Assembly (NCBI GenBank): GCA_951406725.2
Contig: OX597837.1
Coordinates: forward strand, 46,376,001-46,440,000
Direction of reading: 5' to 3'
Origin: Octopus vulgaris
Lineage: Eukaryota
DNA: 64,000 nucleotides
Shown here: piece after piece, positions 13,657 to 26,395 of the stretch
How positions within the stretch are numbered: position 1 is the stretch's first letter
Layout: every line of letters begins with the position of its first letter
Notes under the pieces: model-generated
Seen by the model: the letters and a program-made list of their open reading frames with translations, nothing else
The model's database searches: none
Told to the model about the DNA's origin: nothing
Made by a program: the position numbers and the translations under genes

Positions 13657-13734
13657 AGCAACTTGACAGAAGTCCTTACAAATTAGGTCATCTAGTACTA
13701 TGAGCCAACATTGGATCTTCGTTGGATTACCTAG

Positions 13735-13890
13735 AAATGGTAGCTAAATTTCACTCAAATTATACCCTAACACCTTAAAAGACAGAAAGTGTACCTTCTA
13801 TCAAAGTAGGCTTAAATACTTGTAAAGCGGTAGGAAGGTCATGGCAGAAACATCCCAGACATAGGTCTGCTCAATTTAGAGACAACCAAG
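13735..13890 (+). mobile_element. Short interspersed repeat (family D)
   Basis: agctaaat..ctcaaat...ataggtctgctcaat motif recurs at ~1740-1830(-), 25130-25230(-), 50450-50595(+), 62500-62650(+). Confidence 0.55.
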
Positions 13891-15388
13891 TGAGAAGATG
13901 TTGTAACTGCTATTGCTGTCTGGGAGCATCAACTTTTACAGGTGTCTCAACAACTTTCAGAAGATCAAGAATTGCAGCCTCTACTATCAACACCATTCAC
14001 AATTAAGTCTTTAACCCTAATATACCTTGATGACCCAACGCCCCATTAATGATTGTGAAATTCTTTCATTTCAGTAGTTTATAGTTTGTTGTGTATTCAT
14101 TATATTGTTTTACATCCATCACAGGTATTCCTTTGGGTCACAAATTTGTTTTAGCAGGTTTAGGGGTTAGACTTATTATGCCACCCAATTTCACACAAAA
14201 CATAAGGATGTTGGATTGTCCTTAGCAAGAACTCAGACTTAATCTCCAGCATGAGGATGGTCCAGTTTCATACTGCACCTTCCCTTTGTGTAGGGCTGCT
14301 GTTTGCTAAAAGATACCATTTGAAGCAGTTCTCAAACATGAGATATCACTTCTAAACTTGTAAAAGCAAAACACTCATCTCTTAAATATAGAACTGTACC
14401 AAGCCACTAGTTGAGAGTTCAAATCCATTGCTGGCTTTTTCTGATAGTCATCTATCCAGCGGCAGATTTGTCCTACATCTGATTAACAAAATTAAAATGG
14501 GCAAGTGTCCAGCACCCCCTGTTGAGTTTTATTTTCTTTTGACATTTTAAAAAATATTTCTCTTGAAAATTATTTCACTTGAAACTTTGTTTTTTAATAA
14601 CAATTCAAACTGGATTTGACAGGTTCAAAAATTTAGACATATTTCCTTTTTTTAATTATTATTATTATTATTATTATTTTGGATGCCCAATTTACTATTT
14701 TGTTGTGTGGAGAATCAAAAATCTTATATGGACCCTCAGGGGCCATATGGGTCCCTGTTGAGAGCCACTGATGTAGATAAACAGAGAGTGGTGATATCAT
14801 TACTGTGCCAGCATTGATATAATAGTAAATGATAGCTTAGGTTTGAGACAGCCAGTGTATAAAAGTGTATGTATATATATATAGATAGATATATATGTAT
14901 ATATGCATGTCTGCCTCTATATGTGCGTGTACTGGCATATGTATAAATGTGTGTGTGTGTGTAGATATGTGTATGTGTTTGTGCAAATATAAGTGTTTCT
15001 CTGTGTGTCAGTGTGTGTGTGAAGAAGAGTGTGAGAGAGATGTGGACAAAGTGAAATCGACAGTTTTATCAATAAAGTGATTACGCAAGAATCAATATGA
15101 TGATTAAATGAGGGGGTAAAAGAGAAAGAGCAAGAAGAGAGGGAAAAGAGGGAGGGAGATGAAAGAGAAAAGGAAGGAGGGAGTGAGAAAGAAAGGGAGA
15201 GAGAGCATATGACTACAGATTATAGTCTTACATGCACATTTATTCAAATACACACACTTACACAAACACACACACACACACACCACTAACTTGCAACTTC
15301 CTGCAGCCATTGACATGTTCAAAGGGAACATTAACCAATGGTCTCAGAGATTCTATAAACATCATGGACACATCCTTTCTTTCAGAAT

Positions 15389-15428
<40 letters not shown>

Positions 15429-15519
15429 GACATACATGCAGAACTTTACTCGAGTAAACACACACACACACAGATATTTATTATACATCCACATTTATTA
15501 TACATCCATATATATATCT

Positions 15520-16015
15520 CAGTTCTGTGGTGCAAATGATCTTATGGTCTGTGATACTGACTTCAGGAAATTTGCCAGTCACCTGTTCACCTCCCAGTCT
15601 GCTGGGTACACTGGTCAGATTGACTACATTCTCACCAGGAAACAAGAAAGATGATTACTTATAAATGCCAAAACTTTCCCAGGTGAAGAATGCACCTCAA
15701 AAGACAACCAGTGTAGAAAAGAAGGGTCTGGAAGCTTCAGGATCCCCTGAATGGACAGATATTTTTGAAAAATTTTACTTGAAGCTTTTGACGAAAAATA
15801 GGAGGATATAGCATTACATAACGTGGAGGGCAACTGGAAGTTCCTATGGGACAACCTGTTGAGGGCTTGTGACCAGATCTGTAGCTGATGCAAAGTCCCC
15901 TCTCGACCTAAGGTGACATGGTGGTGGAACAATGTAGTTGACAGGGCCATTAGGGAAAAGAAACAGGCATGGAAGGACTGGAAGTGCGATGGTAGCAGGG
16001 AACTGTATCAGATAG
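15520..16015 (+). mobile_element. RTE LINE fragment (end of APE domain and linker)
   Basis: FCGANDLMVCDTDFRK...QIDYILTRK...AKTFPGEEC...TWWWNNVVDRAIREKKQAWKDWK, interrupted by stops. Confidence 0.85.
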
Positions 16016-19000
16016 CCAAGCTCCAATCTTGATCTGGCAGAGTTTCTACAGCTGGATGCCCTTCCTAACGCCAACCACTCTGAGAGTGTAGTGGGTGCTT
16101 TTATGTGCCACCGGCACGGGGGCCAGTCAGGCAGTACTGGCAGCGACCTCGCTAGAATCTTTTTACACATGCCACCAGCACAGGTGCCAGTAAGGCATTG
16201 CTGGTAACGATCACGCTCGAATGGTGCCTCTTACATGCCACCAGCACGGAAGCCAGTTAGCCGCTCTGGCAACGATCACGCTCGGATAGAGTTCTTATTT
16301 TATGAAAAGAAAATATTCTCATGTAACACCAAGTCTTAGTTAAAAAAAAAAAGCAAAAAAATCTGATGTTTAGTTATTGCTTTAGTTGATGTAATATCTA
16401 TTTTGTAATTAGTTGGTTATTTCCCATATCTCATTGTAGATTGTATAGTTCTTCTTCAGAAATGTATAGCTGCTGCCCTATGGACATTAGCATTTGTTAG
16501 TTGTAAATATAAGAGGAAAATAGATCATGAGAGACTCCTTTCTTTCTGTAATGTGTTAATTTATTTGCTTTAACTCAGTTTTCTGTAATAGCTAGGATCA
16601 CTTTCAACTCTCTCACATTTATGAACTCCAATCTAAATTTAATTAGATGTTTAATAAAATATGTCTTAACTTCAAGTAATGTTCATCAATGTTTATGTAA
16701 TATGTTTCTCTGTGGATAAAGAGCATCACAATAAATCTGCTGATGTATTTGGTACACTGGAGTTGATGCAGAGAAGCGGCTTTCATTGGCTGCATTATGT
16801 GACCTGATTTGGATCAAGACACTACCGAATCTTGACCTGGTTTTTCTTACACGCATGCACTACAGAGTGTGCTTGATGATGGAAGTGACTCTTAACACAC
16901 ATAATATTTTACTTTGTGCATTTACACACACACACAGAGGATGGGGGCAGGCAGAGATTTGTAGTTTAGACTTAGCAATGAAACAACAAACTTCAGCTAT
17001 TTTAATTCACATCTGTCTTCAAATATTAACTTTTTGTTACAATAGAATGTATATGAGGACAAATGCATGTCTGTGAGTATGTGGTTGCATGCATCTGTGT
17101 TTGACTAAATATGCTTGCATGAATACAAGATGAGTTTAATTGTTTCCATATGATTTTAAATGCATATGTATGCATATATTTTTGTGTGTGTGTGTAAATG
17201 TGATATAAATTGAAGAATATAATATTTATATGTGTGCATATATACTATCAAATATATGCAGACACACACACACACACATATAGGAATATATACAATGGGC
17301 TTCTTTTGGTTTCCATCTACTAAATCCACTCACAAGGCTTTGGTTGGTCCAAGACTATAGAAGAAGACATTTGCCCAAAGTGTCATGCAGGGGGACTGAA
17401 CCTGGAATCATGTGGTTGAGAAGCAAGCTTCATACCACACAGCCATGCCTACACACACACATGTGTGTGTGTAAGTATGTATGTATATAGATTGGTGAAT
17501 GTATTTATAAATGAAAATGCACTCAATATATGAAGTAATATATATTTCTCTTTTCTAGAGACCTGATGCAATTCAAGAAGTTTCAGTTTCTAATAAAACA
17601 CAGATGAAGGCCTGTGTGTGCAGCTGGAATGTTTGCTTTGTAAACACATGATCCCAGCCTTATTCCCACAGTGTGACATGTTGGGCAGGTGACTTCTACC
17701 ATAGCTGCAGGTTGGTCAATGTCTTGTGAATGAAAATAATAGATGGAAACTGTGCAGAAGACATTGTACGTGTCTATGTATATTCATGCATATGTGTGTT
17801 CTTGTATGTGTCTGTTGTTGTGGTGTCTTTGCAGGGACATCATCATCGTCATCATCCTCGTTTAACGTCCGTTTTCTATGCTAGCATGGGTTGGACGGTT
17901 CGACCGGGTCTGGGAAGCCAGGAGGTTGCACTTCCAGTCTGATCTGGCAGTGTTTCTACAGCTGGATGCCCTTCCTAACGCCAACCACTCCGTGAGTGTA
18001 GTGGGTGCCTTTTATGTGCCACTGGCACAGGTGCCAGGGGAGGCTGGCAACGGCCACGATCGGTTGGTGGTTTTTACGTGCCACCGACACGGAAGCCAGT
18101 CAAGGTGGCGCTGGCATCGGCCACATATGGATGGTGCTTTTTACGTGCTACCGGCCATTTAAAAAAATTATGTATGCATGTGCAAATTTGTATACAACAT
18201 TGCAAGTGCTAGTTTGTATATATGTGTGTGTATACAACCATACAAGTTACAATTAAATCAAACATAGAATACGGCTTTGAATATATTTGCTATATACATT
18301 CACCCTCTCTTACATGGGTTTCCAGTTACCACAGAAATTGAACATATTTACAGTTTGGTGGACTATGCCAAGGGGAGGGGAATGTGTAGGAGCTGAATTC
18401 TGGTAACGTGAAACCAGCATCACCATTATTATTTCATTTACCATAACTGTATGTCTGAGAAAGTGCAGTATTAAACTTGTAACAGGAATATTTAGCAACA
18501 CCAAAATTTAGAAATCAAACCCAGATCATTATATCTGAAGCAAAAACCAACTTGAAAACAGGATTATAATTCACTAAAATATTAGGGAAGTCATAAAAAA
18601 ATCTGACCATTCAAGACTTCGTGTGAAACCAGGTCTAACAGTAATTTCATCTTTGGTGTGCTTTTTCTGACCAAAACCACTATTATATATTCAGTACATT
18701 TTAGCCACTACAGATAGCCGGCAGTCTGGACACAGCACCTGGCAGTCTGCAGAGAGCAGTAGAACCATCATCACCATCATGATAATAATAATAAACACAA
18801 TCATTGTTGTTATCAACAGAATCATTATCAGCATCCACATAATTGCCATCCTCATCACCACCACCACCACCACCACCACCAGGTGGAGGAAGATGATTCC
18901 AATGCATTTGGATGTTATTAAATTTTGTGCTGCCAGTGCCAAGAGGTGGGGGCCATTCTTTCTTTCATTCTCTGAATCTTCAAAATCCTTTTATGGCACT

Positions 19001-19399
19001 CACACAGGTTTGGAATATGAGTTTAGTGGCTATCTTGCAAGATACAGCATTAATACTTACCTGGACACACACACACATATGTGCAGACACACACATTCAT
19101 ACACACACACACATACATACATACATATGCACGCATGCACACACGAACGCACGCGCACACACACACACACACACACAACCTTAACTGTCTCTGAAATGTT
19201 ACCATCTTTGGTTTTCAGCTGTTGCCAATAAACTCCCATCACTATTTAGAGTTTTAAACTTTATTTATAAAATTATTTCTTTATCTATTCGGCAGCTGAT
19301 GCTGCTATTACTAACGAGACTACCACTACCACCACGACACAGCAATTACTACCAATTCTGTTATTATTGTAGAAGATTAGTAAAGTCAAACAAAATGCC

Positions 19400-19628
19400 T
19401 TAACCCTTTCGTTACCAACCTGGCTGAAACCGACTCTGGCTCTGTAGTATTAATGTCTTGTTTTCATAAGTTTTGAATTAAAATCTTCCACCAAACCTTA
19501 GTCACAATTTATGTTCCTAACACTAGCTGAATGATAACTAAGTTATTTTACTAAATTCTTTGTTATATTTAAAGTAATTAAAAGAAACACAGAGCATCGC
19601 AAAATAAATACGGTAACAAAAGGGTTAA
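19400..19628. mobile_element. piggyBac-type MITE
   Basis: TTAA-CCCTTTCGTTACC ... GGTAACAAAAGGG-TTAA: terminal inverted repeats (TIRs) with TTAA target duplication. Confidence 0.85.
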
Positions 19629-19639
19629 GTTCAAATACC

Positions 19640-19870
19640 TATTTCTTTACTACCCACAAGGGGCTAAACACAGAAGGGACAAACAAGGACGCCAAACGGA
19701 TTAAGTTGATTATATCGACCCCAGTACGTAACTGGTACTTATTTAATCAACCCCGAAAGGATGAAAGGCAAAGTCGACCTCGGCAGAATTTGAACTTAGA
19801 ACATAGCGGCAGGCGGAATACTGCTAAGCATTTCGCCCGGCATGCTAATGATTCTGCCAGCTCGCTGCCT
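19640..19870 (-). mobile_element. SINE family B (Nin-domain-like core gcctttcatcctttcggggtyga..aagtaccag)
   Basis: Head ggcagcgagctggcagaatc, B-box-like gttctaagttcaaattc. More than 20 approximate copies, e.g. 5870-6070, 10940-11120, 20990-21170, 30430-31030 (x3), 37175-37630, 41560-41760, 44148-44620 (x2), 49370-50010 (x3), 58510-58680, 61220-61430, 63835-64000. Confidence 0.8.
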
Positions 19871-19984
19871 TAACCCTAACACTTACCAGATCACTCTCAG
19901 TGCCCCAGGACAAATGAAGGTTAAGTTTGAGGAGAGAAAGAAAGGAGGGTGGTACAAAAATACATTCAGCACAACATGAAACAT

Positions 19985-20330
19985 TTAAGTTGACGGTTCT
20001 AAGAATACGAGTGGTAATTGTCAACCCAAGATTTTTGATTTCTCTGAGATATGGTTCTCCTGAGATGTTATCTAGATGTTTCTAACACACCACCTTTTTC
20101 TTTTACCATACCAAGATCACCCACAATAATAGGGGAAGTTTTCACTTTAAGGTGCCACATCATTTCTATTGCAATTTCCAGTTCCTTATATTTAATGAGC
20201 TTGTCAAATTCCTGGACAGATACATTCTTATCAGTGAGGAAACTTATATCTATCAGTTTATGTGCACTTTCTTTCCTGTCTTTAATGAGTATGTCTGGTA
20301 TGTTAGTCTGAATTGTTCTGTCAGTGTTTA
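19985..20330 (-). mobile_element. R4/Dong-like non-LTR element, restriction-like endonuclease C-terminus
   Basis: TDRTIQTNIPDILIKDRK...LIDISFLTDKNVSVQEFDKLIKYKELEIAIEMMW...PIIVGDLGMV is a PD-(D/E)xK REL domain. It lies next to an (ATT)n/(ACT)n tract. Confidence 0.85.
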
Positions 20331-21741
20331 TTAATATTATCATTATTATTATTACTACTACTACTACTACTACTATTAATTATTATTATTATTAACAACA
20401 ACAACAATAATTTTGATATTAATAATATTATTATAATATTAATAATTAAAATAATATCAATAATAAATAACACATTATTATTATGAATGATAATAGTATT
20501 ATTATTATTATCTACAATAACTTCGAGCTATTCTCTGTAACAGGAAAAGAAGTGAAATAAATAGATGACAACAGTTTTTAATCTAATCACTCCCTCTGGG
20601 TGACTAAATCGTATTATCAATATATAATTTAAATATTAAATATATATTTAACAGAAACGCTGCCAGAAGGCAGACATCATGACGCTGAAGACATTCATGT
20701 GTGTGTGAAGTGTGTGCGTGTATGTATGTATTGTGAATGCCTGTGTGTGTACATGCACACACATACACTCGTGTATGTGTGTGGTTGGTGTTAGGAAGGG
20801 CTCGAGTCTTTCACTGGTTTCAGTAATCCAACAGCTACCGTGTTGCCACAGTGACTCAAAGTGTGTTTGCAAATCATATCTGTCACTTATTTTATTGATC
20901 TCTATTTGCTGAACTGCTAACATCACATAAAAACGATAATATGAGAAAATGTAAATATGAATGTTGACACAAGAATTTATAAACTTTCAAGGGAATGCTA
21001 AGCAGTATTTTGTCAGTCTTTAGGTTCTGAGTTCAAATTCCACCAAAGTCGACTTTGCCTTTCATCCTTTCGGAGTCAATAAATTAAGCACCAGTTGCAT
21101 ACTGGGGTCGATCTAATCGACTTTCCCCCTCTCCCAAAATTTCAGGCCTTGAGCCTAAAGTAGAAAAGAACAAAGAACACATCTAAAACAGATGTAGTGA
21201 ACCTCAACTCATGTGTATGATTTTGTGTGTGTGTGTGTGTGTGTGTGTACATGCATATGCATGTGTAATTTATACACATGCACATGTGCTCACACACACA
21301 TACACACATATATATTGCAGATAACCGCAATGACAAGCAGACAAAAAGGATATGATGTCTTCAGTTGATTAACCCAAGAATTTACTAATGGTTGCCAAGA
21401 ACTACTTTTTTTTGATAATTTTGGGTTTCTTTGCTGGTTTTCAGTTTTAGGGATTAGTCTGGGTTTTGCTGTTTTTGTTTCCAGACACTTCACTTCTTCC
21501 CTGAGTTTATTTTCTTAATCTATTTCTCATTCTTTAGCTTTGATTTTATTTTGTGTTTGTGTCTATTATTTTCTCTTTTCATTGTTTTTTACATTTTAAC
21601 TTGTTCCTTGTTTTGTTAATCATTCTGTTTATGCTAGAAACTAATTCTGCTTCCTCACATGACTACATAATGTGCAGAGATATCAATCTATCTATATATA
21701 TACATACACACACACTGCTTTATTATTATTATTATTATTAT

Positions 21742-21773
<32 letters not shown>

Positions 21774-21831
21774 TATGTGTGAATGTGTGTGCATGTGTGA
21801 GAATATATGTGTATGTGTGTGTATATATGCA

Positions 21832-21864
<33 letters not shown>

Positions 21865-22579
21865 CATCATCATCATTGTTGATTAACATCTGCCTTCCAT
21901 GCCGGCATGGGTTGGATGGTCTGACAGGAACTGGCCAGACAGGAGCCTGCACCAGACTTCTGAGTCTCTTTTGGCAGGGCTTCTTACAGCTCGAGCCTTT
22001 CCTAACACAAACCACCCAGCAGAGTGGACAGAGTGCTTTTTACGTGGCACCAGCACAGGCAAGGTCAGTTTGGCATGGTCTTTACACTGGATGCCCTTCC
22101 TAATGCCAACCAACCACTTTACAGTGTGGGCAGAATGCTTTTTAAGTGGTACCAGCACTGGTAGGGTCACGAAGAAATTTGCAAGGCAAAGATCCTTTGA
22201 GAGGAGAGGTGGCATTGGAGGAGGAGGGGATCTTGTGTCAGATGAGGAAAGGTTATATTGAGACAGAGAGATGGAAACAGGTGTCTTGCTGTAGGGGAAG
22301 TACATGGTTACCTGGCCAGGGGAAGAGAGGAAAATGTGGACAGAAACAGGTGTGCTGCTGTAAAAGAGAGACATGGTTATCCAACCTGAGGGAAGACCAG
22401 GAGAAGGAGAGAGAGTGTGGGAGACAGCAGGAGTGCAAGAGAGAGCAGGGGAGAGATGGTGGCAAAATGCCAGGCATACTCACAAGGGGAGGGGATGAGA
22501 ATATGGGCTGGTCAAGTTCAAGAAAAAAACAAAAGACGAAGACAAGTGGTGTACAAAACAACAGATGTATATATATGTG

Positions 22580-22624
<45 letters not shown>

Positions 22625-22635
22625 CATTCTGGCAT

Positions 22636-22666
<31 letters not shown>

Positions 22667-22686
22667 CAATTTATCAGCCTACTATA

Positions 22687-23460
22687 CAACTGTTGGCAGA
22701 ATTCTGATTTTAAGCTCCCCATATAACCCCTCATAACTTTTTAACTTTTTGGAATTTTCAAAATATTTTTGTGAATTTGTGTTCTACACATGGGAATTTA
22801 CACGATTATGGAAAGAAAATTTTTGTTTTTAGTTTTTAAACACCCCCACCCCTCCAATAATAAAATTTTCTCTCTTTTTCAAATTTGCTTTAAAATCAGA
22901 ATTTAAATTACAGACAGACCAAATTTGCTTAAATTCCAACAATAGGCCACCCTTGGGTGCATCACCATTCCATTTGATGTGTTTATGGGCAGAAAAATTT
23001 TGGAAAATATCAATACATGTCCGCGTGACAAAGAAACAAGGAAGATATCAGGTGGTTGTGAGATGTGTTAAAAATAACAGCTAAATCGCCCTTAACCCTC
23101 TGGCATTCAGACTACTCTCTCAAATGTAATGCTTATTTATTCAGCTTGTTTTGTATTAATCTTGCATTATCTTGTAATGTCAAGATTTTGATGATGTGAT
23201 AGAATATTTTTAAAATGGCATAGTGAGGTAGGTATGAAAGGCAAGATATGGCCAGGTTGAACATAAAAGAGGTAGAATATTTGGGATGGATATGACCGGT
23301 TTGAATGCTAAAGGGTTAAATCACACACAAAAAAAAATTTTTTTTTTTTTCCATAATTTTATGAATTCCCGTGTGCTGAACACAAATTCACAAAAATGTT
23401 CTGAGAATTTCCAAAACTAAAAAAGTTGTGAGGTGCTTAAATCAGAGTTCCACCCCATTG
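22687..23460. mobile_element. Foldback/MITE-like element with ~130-bp imperfect TIRs and nested insertions
   Basis: gaattctgattttaagc...gtgaatttgtgttc...ggaaagaaaatttt is mirrored by aaaattttt..ccataa...gaacacaaattcac...gcttaaatcagagttc. Confidence 0.65.
23092..23319. mobile_element. piggyBac-type MITE (second family)
   Basis: TTAA-CCCTCTGGCATTCA...TGAATGCTAAAGGG-TTAA. A homologous copy lies at 60376-60604. Confidence 0.85.
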
Positions 23461-24334
23461 TTAACTGGTTCCAGTAGATATCCTAAGATATTTCCTGCGA
23501 CCACAGACCCGGAACTAGTCTGTGCTACTACCACCACCACCACCACCACTACTATTACAAACACCAGCAGCACCACTAACCCTCATCTAAGAGTAACTAG
23601 TTACAGTAGAAAGAACAAATTCTACTGATATCATTATGGAACCCCGGCCAACCACCAACTAACACTGCCATTCATAACTCTCTCTCTCTCTCGCTCCAGA
23701 AGATAGAGCAAGATAATTCCAGTGATACACACACACTTTTATTGTTACAGATTATGCTCTCGCTATATCTCTACCCTGGTAATATTATTAATATTATTAT
23801 CAATTAGTTCCGGTGAAATACTTTGAAATAACCATTTCCAGAAAAGACTGCTAAACATTCTGACGGTGGAAAGCAAAAGTTTTGCAATATTTAACCTAGA
23901 AGTCTTTCCAAAACCATTTTATTGCTAGATATTATTGAAAAATTAGATAAAAGATTTCTAATAATGTGGTGGAAGTACAGAAATATTGTTCGTTTATATA
24001 TTTTTCAATTCTTTTTCTTTCCTTTAATATATTGCTGTTTCTGGTTTTTGATTTGTGGTGGGCCTGGGATGGAGTCTTCTTTTCTCAGCCACTTTCTCTG
24101 CAATGTATTATTCTTCTCAAAAGAAGAAGAATGACTAGAAATTCCTTTCTTTCATTTTATATGGTAAATTAATCATCAAAGAACTGTCTATCTTCTGTGT
24201 GATGCTGTTTGTGAAAGAGATAACAAATAAAACGTGAAGTTTTAATGTATTGCAAAATGTTTCAGAAACAAGAAGGGGAGAAGAAAAAAAACAGAAATGA
24301 ATATGTGCGTGTGTATGTATGTGTGTGCACGCAT

Positions 24335-24395
<61 letters not shown>

Positions 24396-24521
24396 TGTTA
24401 GAAAAGCCATAATTTGGTTGTACTTCATTTCTGCAACAATTTAAGTAATAGTTTTCATAAAAATTGCCCAGTTATTTTAATCCTGTGTATTAGTATATAA
24501 ATGTGTGTGTGTGTGTGTGTG

Positions 24522-24599
<78 letters not shown>

Positions 24600-24835
24600 A
24601 GACAGACAGACAGAGAGTGACGGCGAGAGAATGACATTTATATATGTGTCTATATATGCACATAGGTATATATGTATTGCAGCTGCATGGCTGAAATAAA
24701 TGAAAGAATATATATAGATATATATATGAACACACTCAGATGTAGGTATGAGAAATGTATGCGTATGCCTGTATATGAGTATGTTGTGTACATGTGAGAA
24801 AGCATGTACGTAAATCACTATACATTGTGTCTGTA

Positions 24836-24870
<35 letters not shown>

Positions 24871-25237
24871 TATCACAATCTGCTCATTTACATAAGTTTA
24901 GTGTAAGTTGTTAGCTGCTCCGACTTTCAAGTATTTTAATGTCGGTGGTTCTTTATCTTTTAATGTTTTGGTAAATGGGAGGAATTAAAAACCATTTTTT
25001 TGTAGCTAAGTTATTTAAAGAATTAAAGTGAATTGAAACTTCTAAACATTTATCTCTCCATTATCACACAAATACGACAACAGCCGTGCACCATCATAGT
25101 AAAGAAGAAAAAGATGTTAGTGCAACAGAACTAATATATTGGAGTGTGGTGTTGTTTAGCCCTAGGTCATCTCTACCATACAGATCATACAGATCTATGA
25201 TCAAAGATATTCTGGTGGTGACCATCTCATCTTTATA

Positions 25238-25273
<36 letters not shown>

Positions 25274-25683
25274 TGTAGGAGTGGCTGTGTGGTAAGTAGC
25301 TTGTTTACCAATCACATGGTTCCGGGTTCAGTCCCACAGTATGGCACCTTGGGCAAGTGTCTTCTACTATAGCCTCGGGCCAACCAAAGCCCTGTGAGTG
25401 GATTTGGTAGGTGGAAACTGAAAGAAGCCCGTTGTATATATGTATATATATATGTGTGTATATGTTTGTGTGGCTGTGTTTGCCTCCCCCCCCCCCCCAA
25501 CATCACTTGACAACTCATGCTGGTGTGCTTACGTCGCCATAACTTAGTGGTTTGGCAAAAGAGACTGATAGAATAAGTACTAGGCTTACAAAGAATAAGT
25601 CCTGGGGTCGATTTGCTCAACTAAAGGTGGTGCTCCAGCACGGCCACAGTCAAATGACTGAAACAAGTAAAAGAGTAAAAGAG

Positions 25684-25724
<41 letters not shown>

Positions 25725-25744
25725 GTAAAATAATATGTGACAAT

Positions 25745-26003
25745 TATTTGGTAGTCAAGATAAAACTCTGAGTTTCGGATGTCGAGGTGGAAATTCACAC
25801 CACCATCTCTTTGGTTAACTGGCCATCTGAAAAACGCTATGAAAAAAGGCCGTTATACAAAGGGAAATTACTGTGTTATAGTCTGCTACTTATATAAAAG
25901 CGCTAATTCAATGACCGCTAATTAAAATAAGGTTAAAAGTTCATAGTAAACACGTAAGCATGCCTGCTCATATGCACACATTCCTTTTTTCATAGCGTTT
26001 TTC
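25745..26003. mobile_element. Penelope-like terminal-repeat remnant with internal inverted repeat
   Basis: 21-bp inverted repeat gaaaaacgctatgaaaaaagg / ccttttttcatagcgtttttc, and a degenerate hammerhead-like fold on the minus strand. Confidence 0.45.
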
Positions 26004-26169
26004 TGTCCTACAGTTTCATCAGAATGGGACATTGTTGGTGCATAAATACTAACAACGGTAAGAAACCTACCTTTTGTCAGTTTAATACAGCATGGCATGG
26101 TTCATTCAGATATACCACTTGGAAGCACTGCAATGAAGGATACTAATGTATTCTTGAGAGCAAACCCAA

Positions 26170-26395
26170 CACCAGATTCTCTACGCTGACCTTTTATGTT
26201 GATCTAGCACAATTATTGAGGAAAGCACCAATTTCTGACAAGCTGGTCATATTGGGAGATTTCAATGCAAGAGTTAGAAAGGACTACATTTCATGGCCTG
26301 TTGTAGGTCGACATGGGATTGGAAAATGTAATAAAAATGGAGAAGTTCTTTTGAGGTTTTGTACTGAGAATAACCTGGTTGTCACCAACACTCAA
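26170..26395 (+). mobile_element. RTE APE-endonuclease fragment
   Basis: DKLVILGDFNARV...VGRHGIGKCNKNGEVLLRFCTENNLVVTNT. Confidence 0.85.

Noticed and set aside
18691-19064. His/Gly-rich ORFs and a strong minus-strand donor (ccag|gtaagt near 19060)
   Set aside because: The frames are driven by trinucleotide repeats and interrupted by stops, the donor follows a (TG)n tract, and there is no recognisable homology.
21290-21500. Minus-strand ORF with a hydrophobic end
   Set aside because: No recognisable homology, a weak acceptor, and it runs into a microsatellite.
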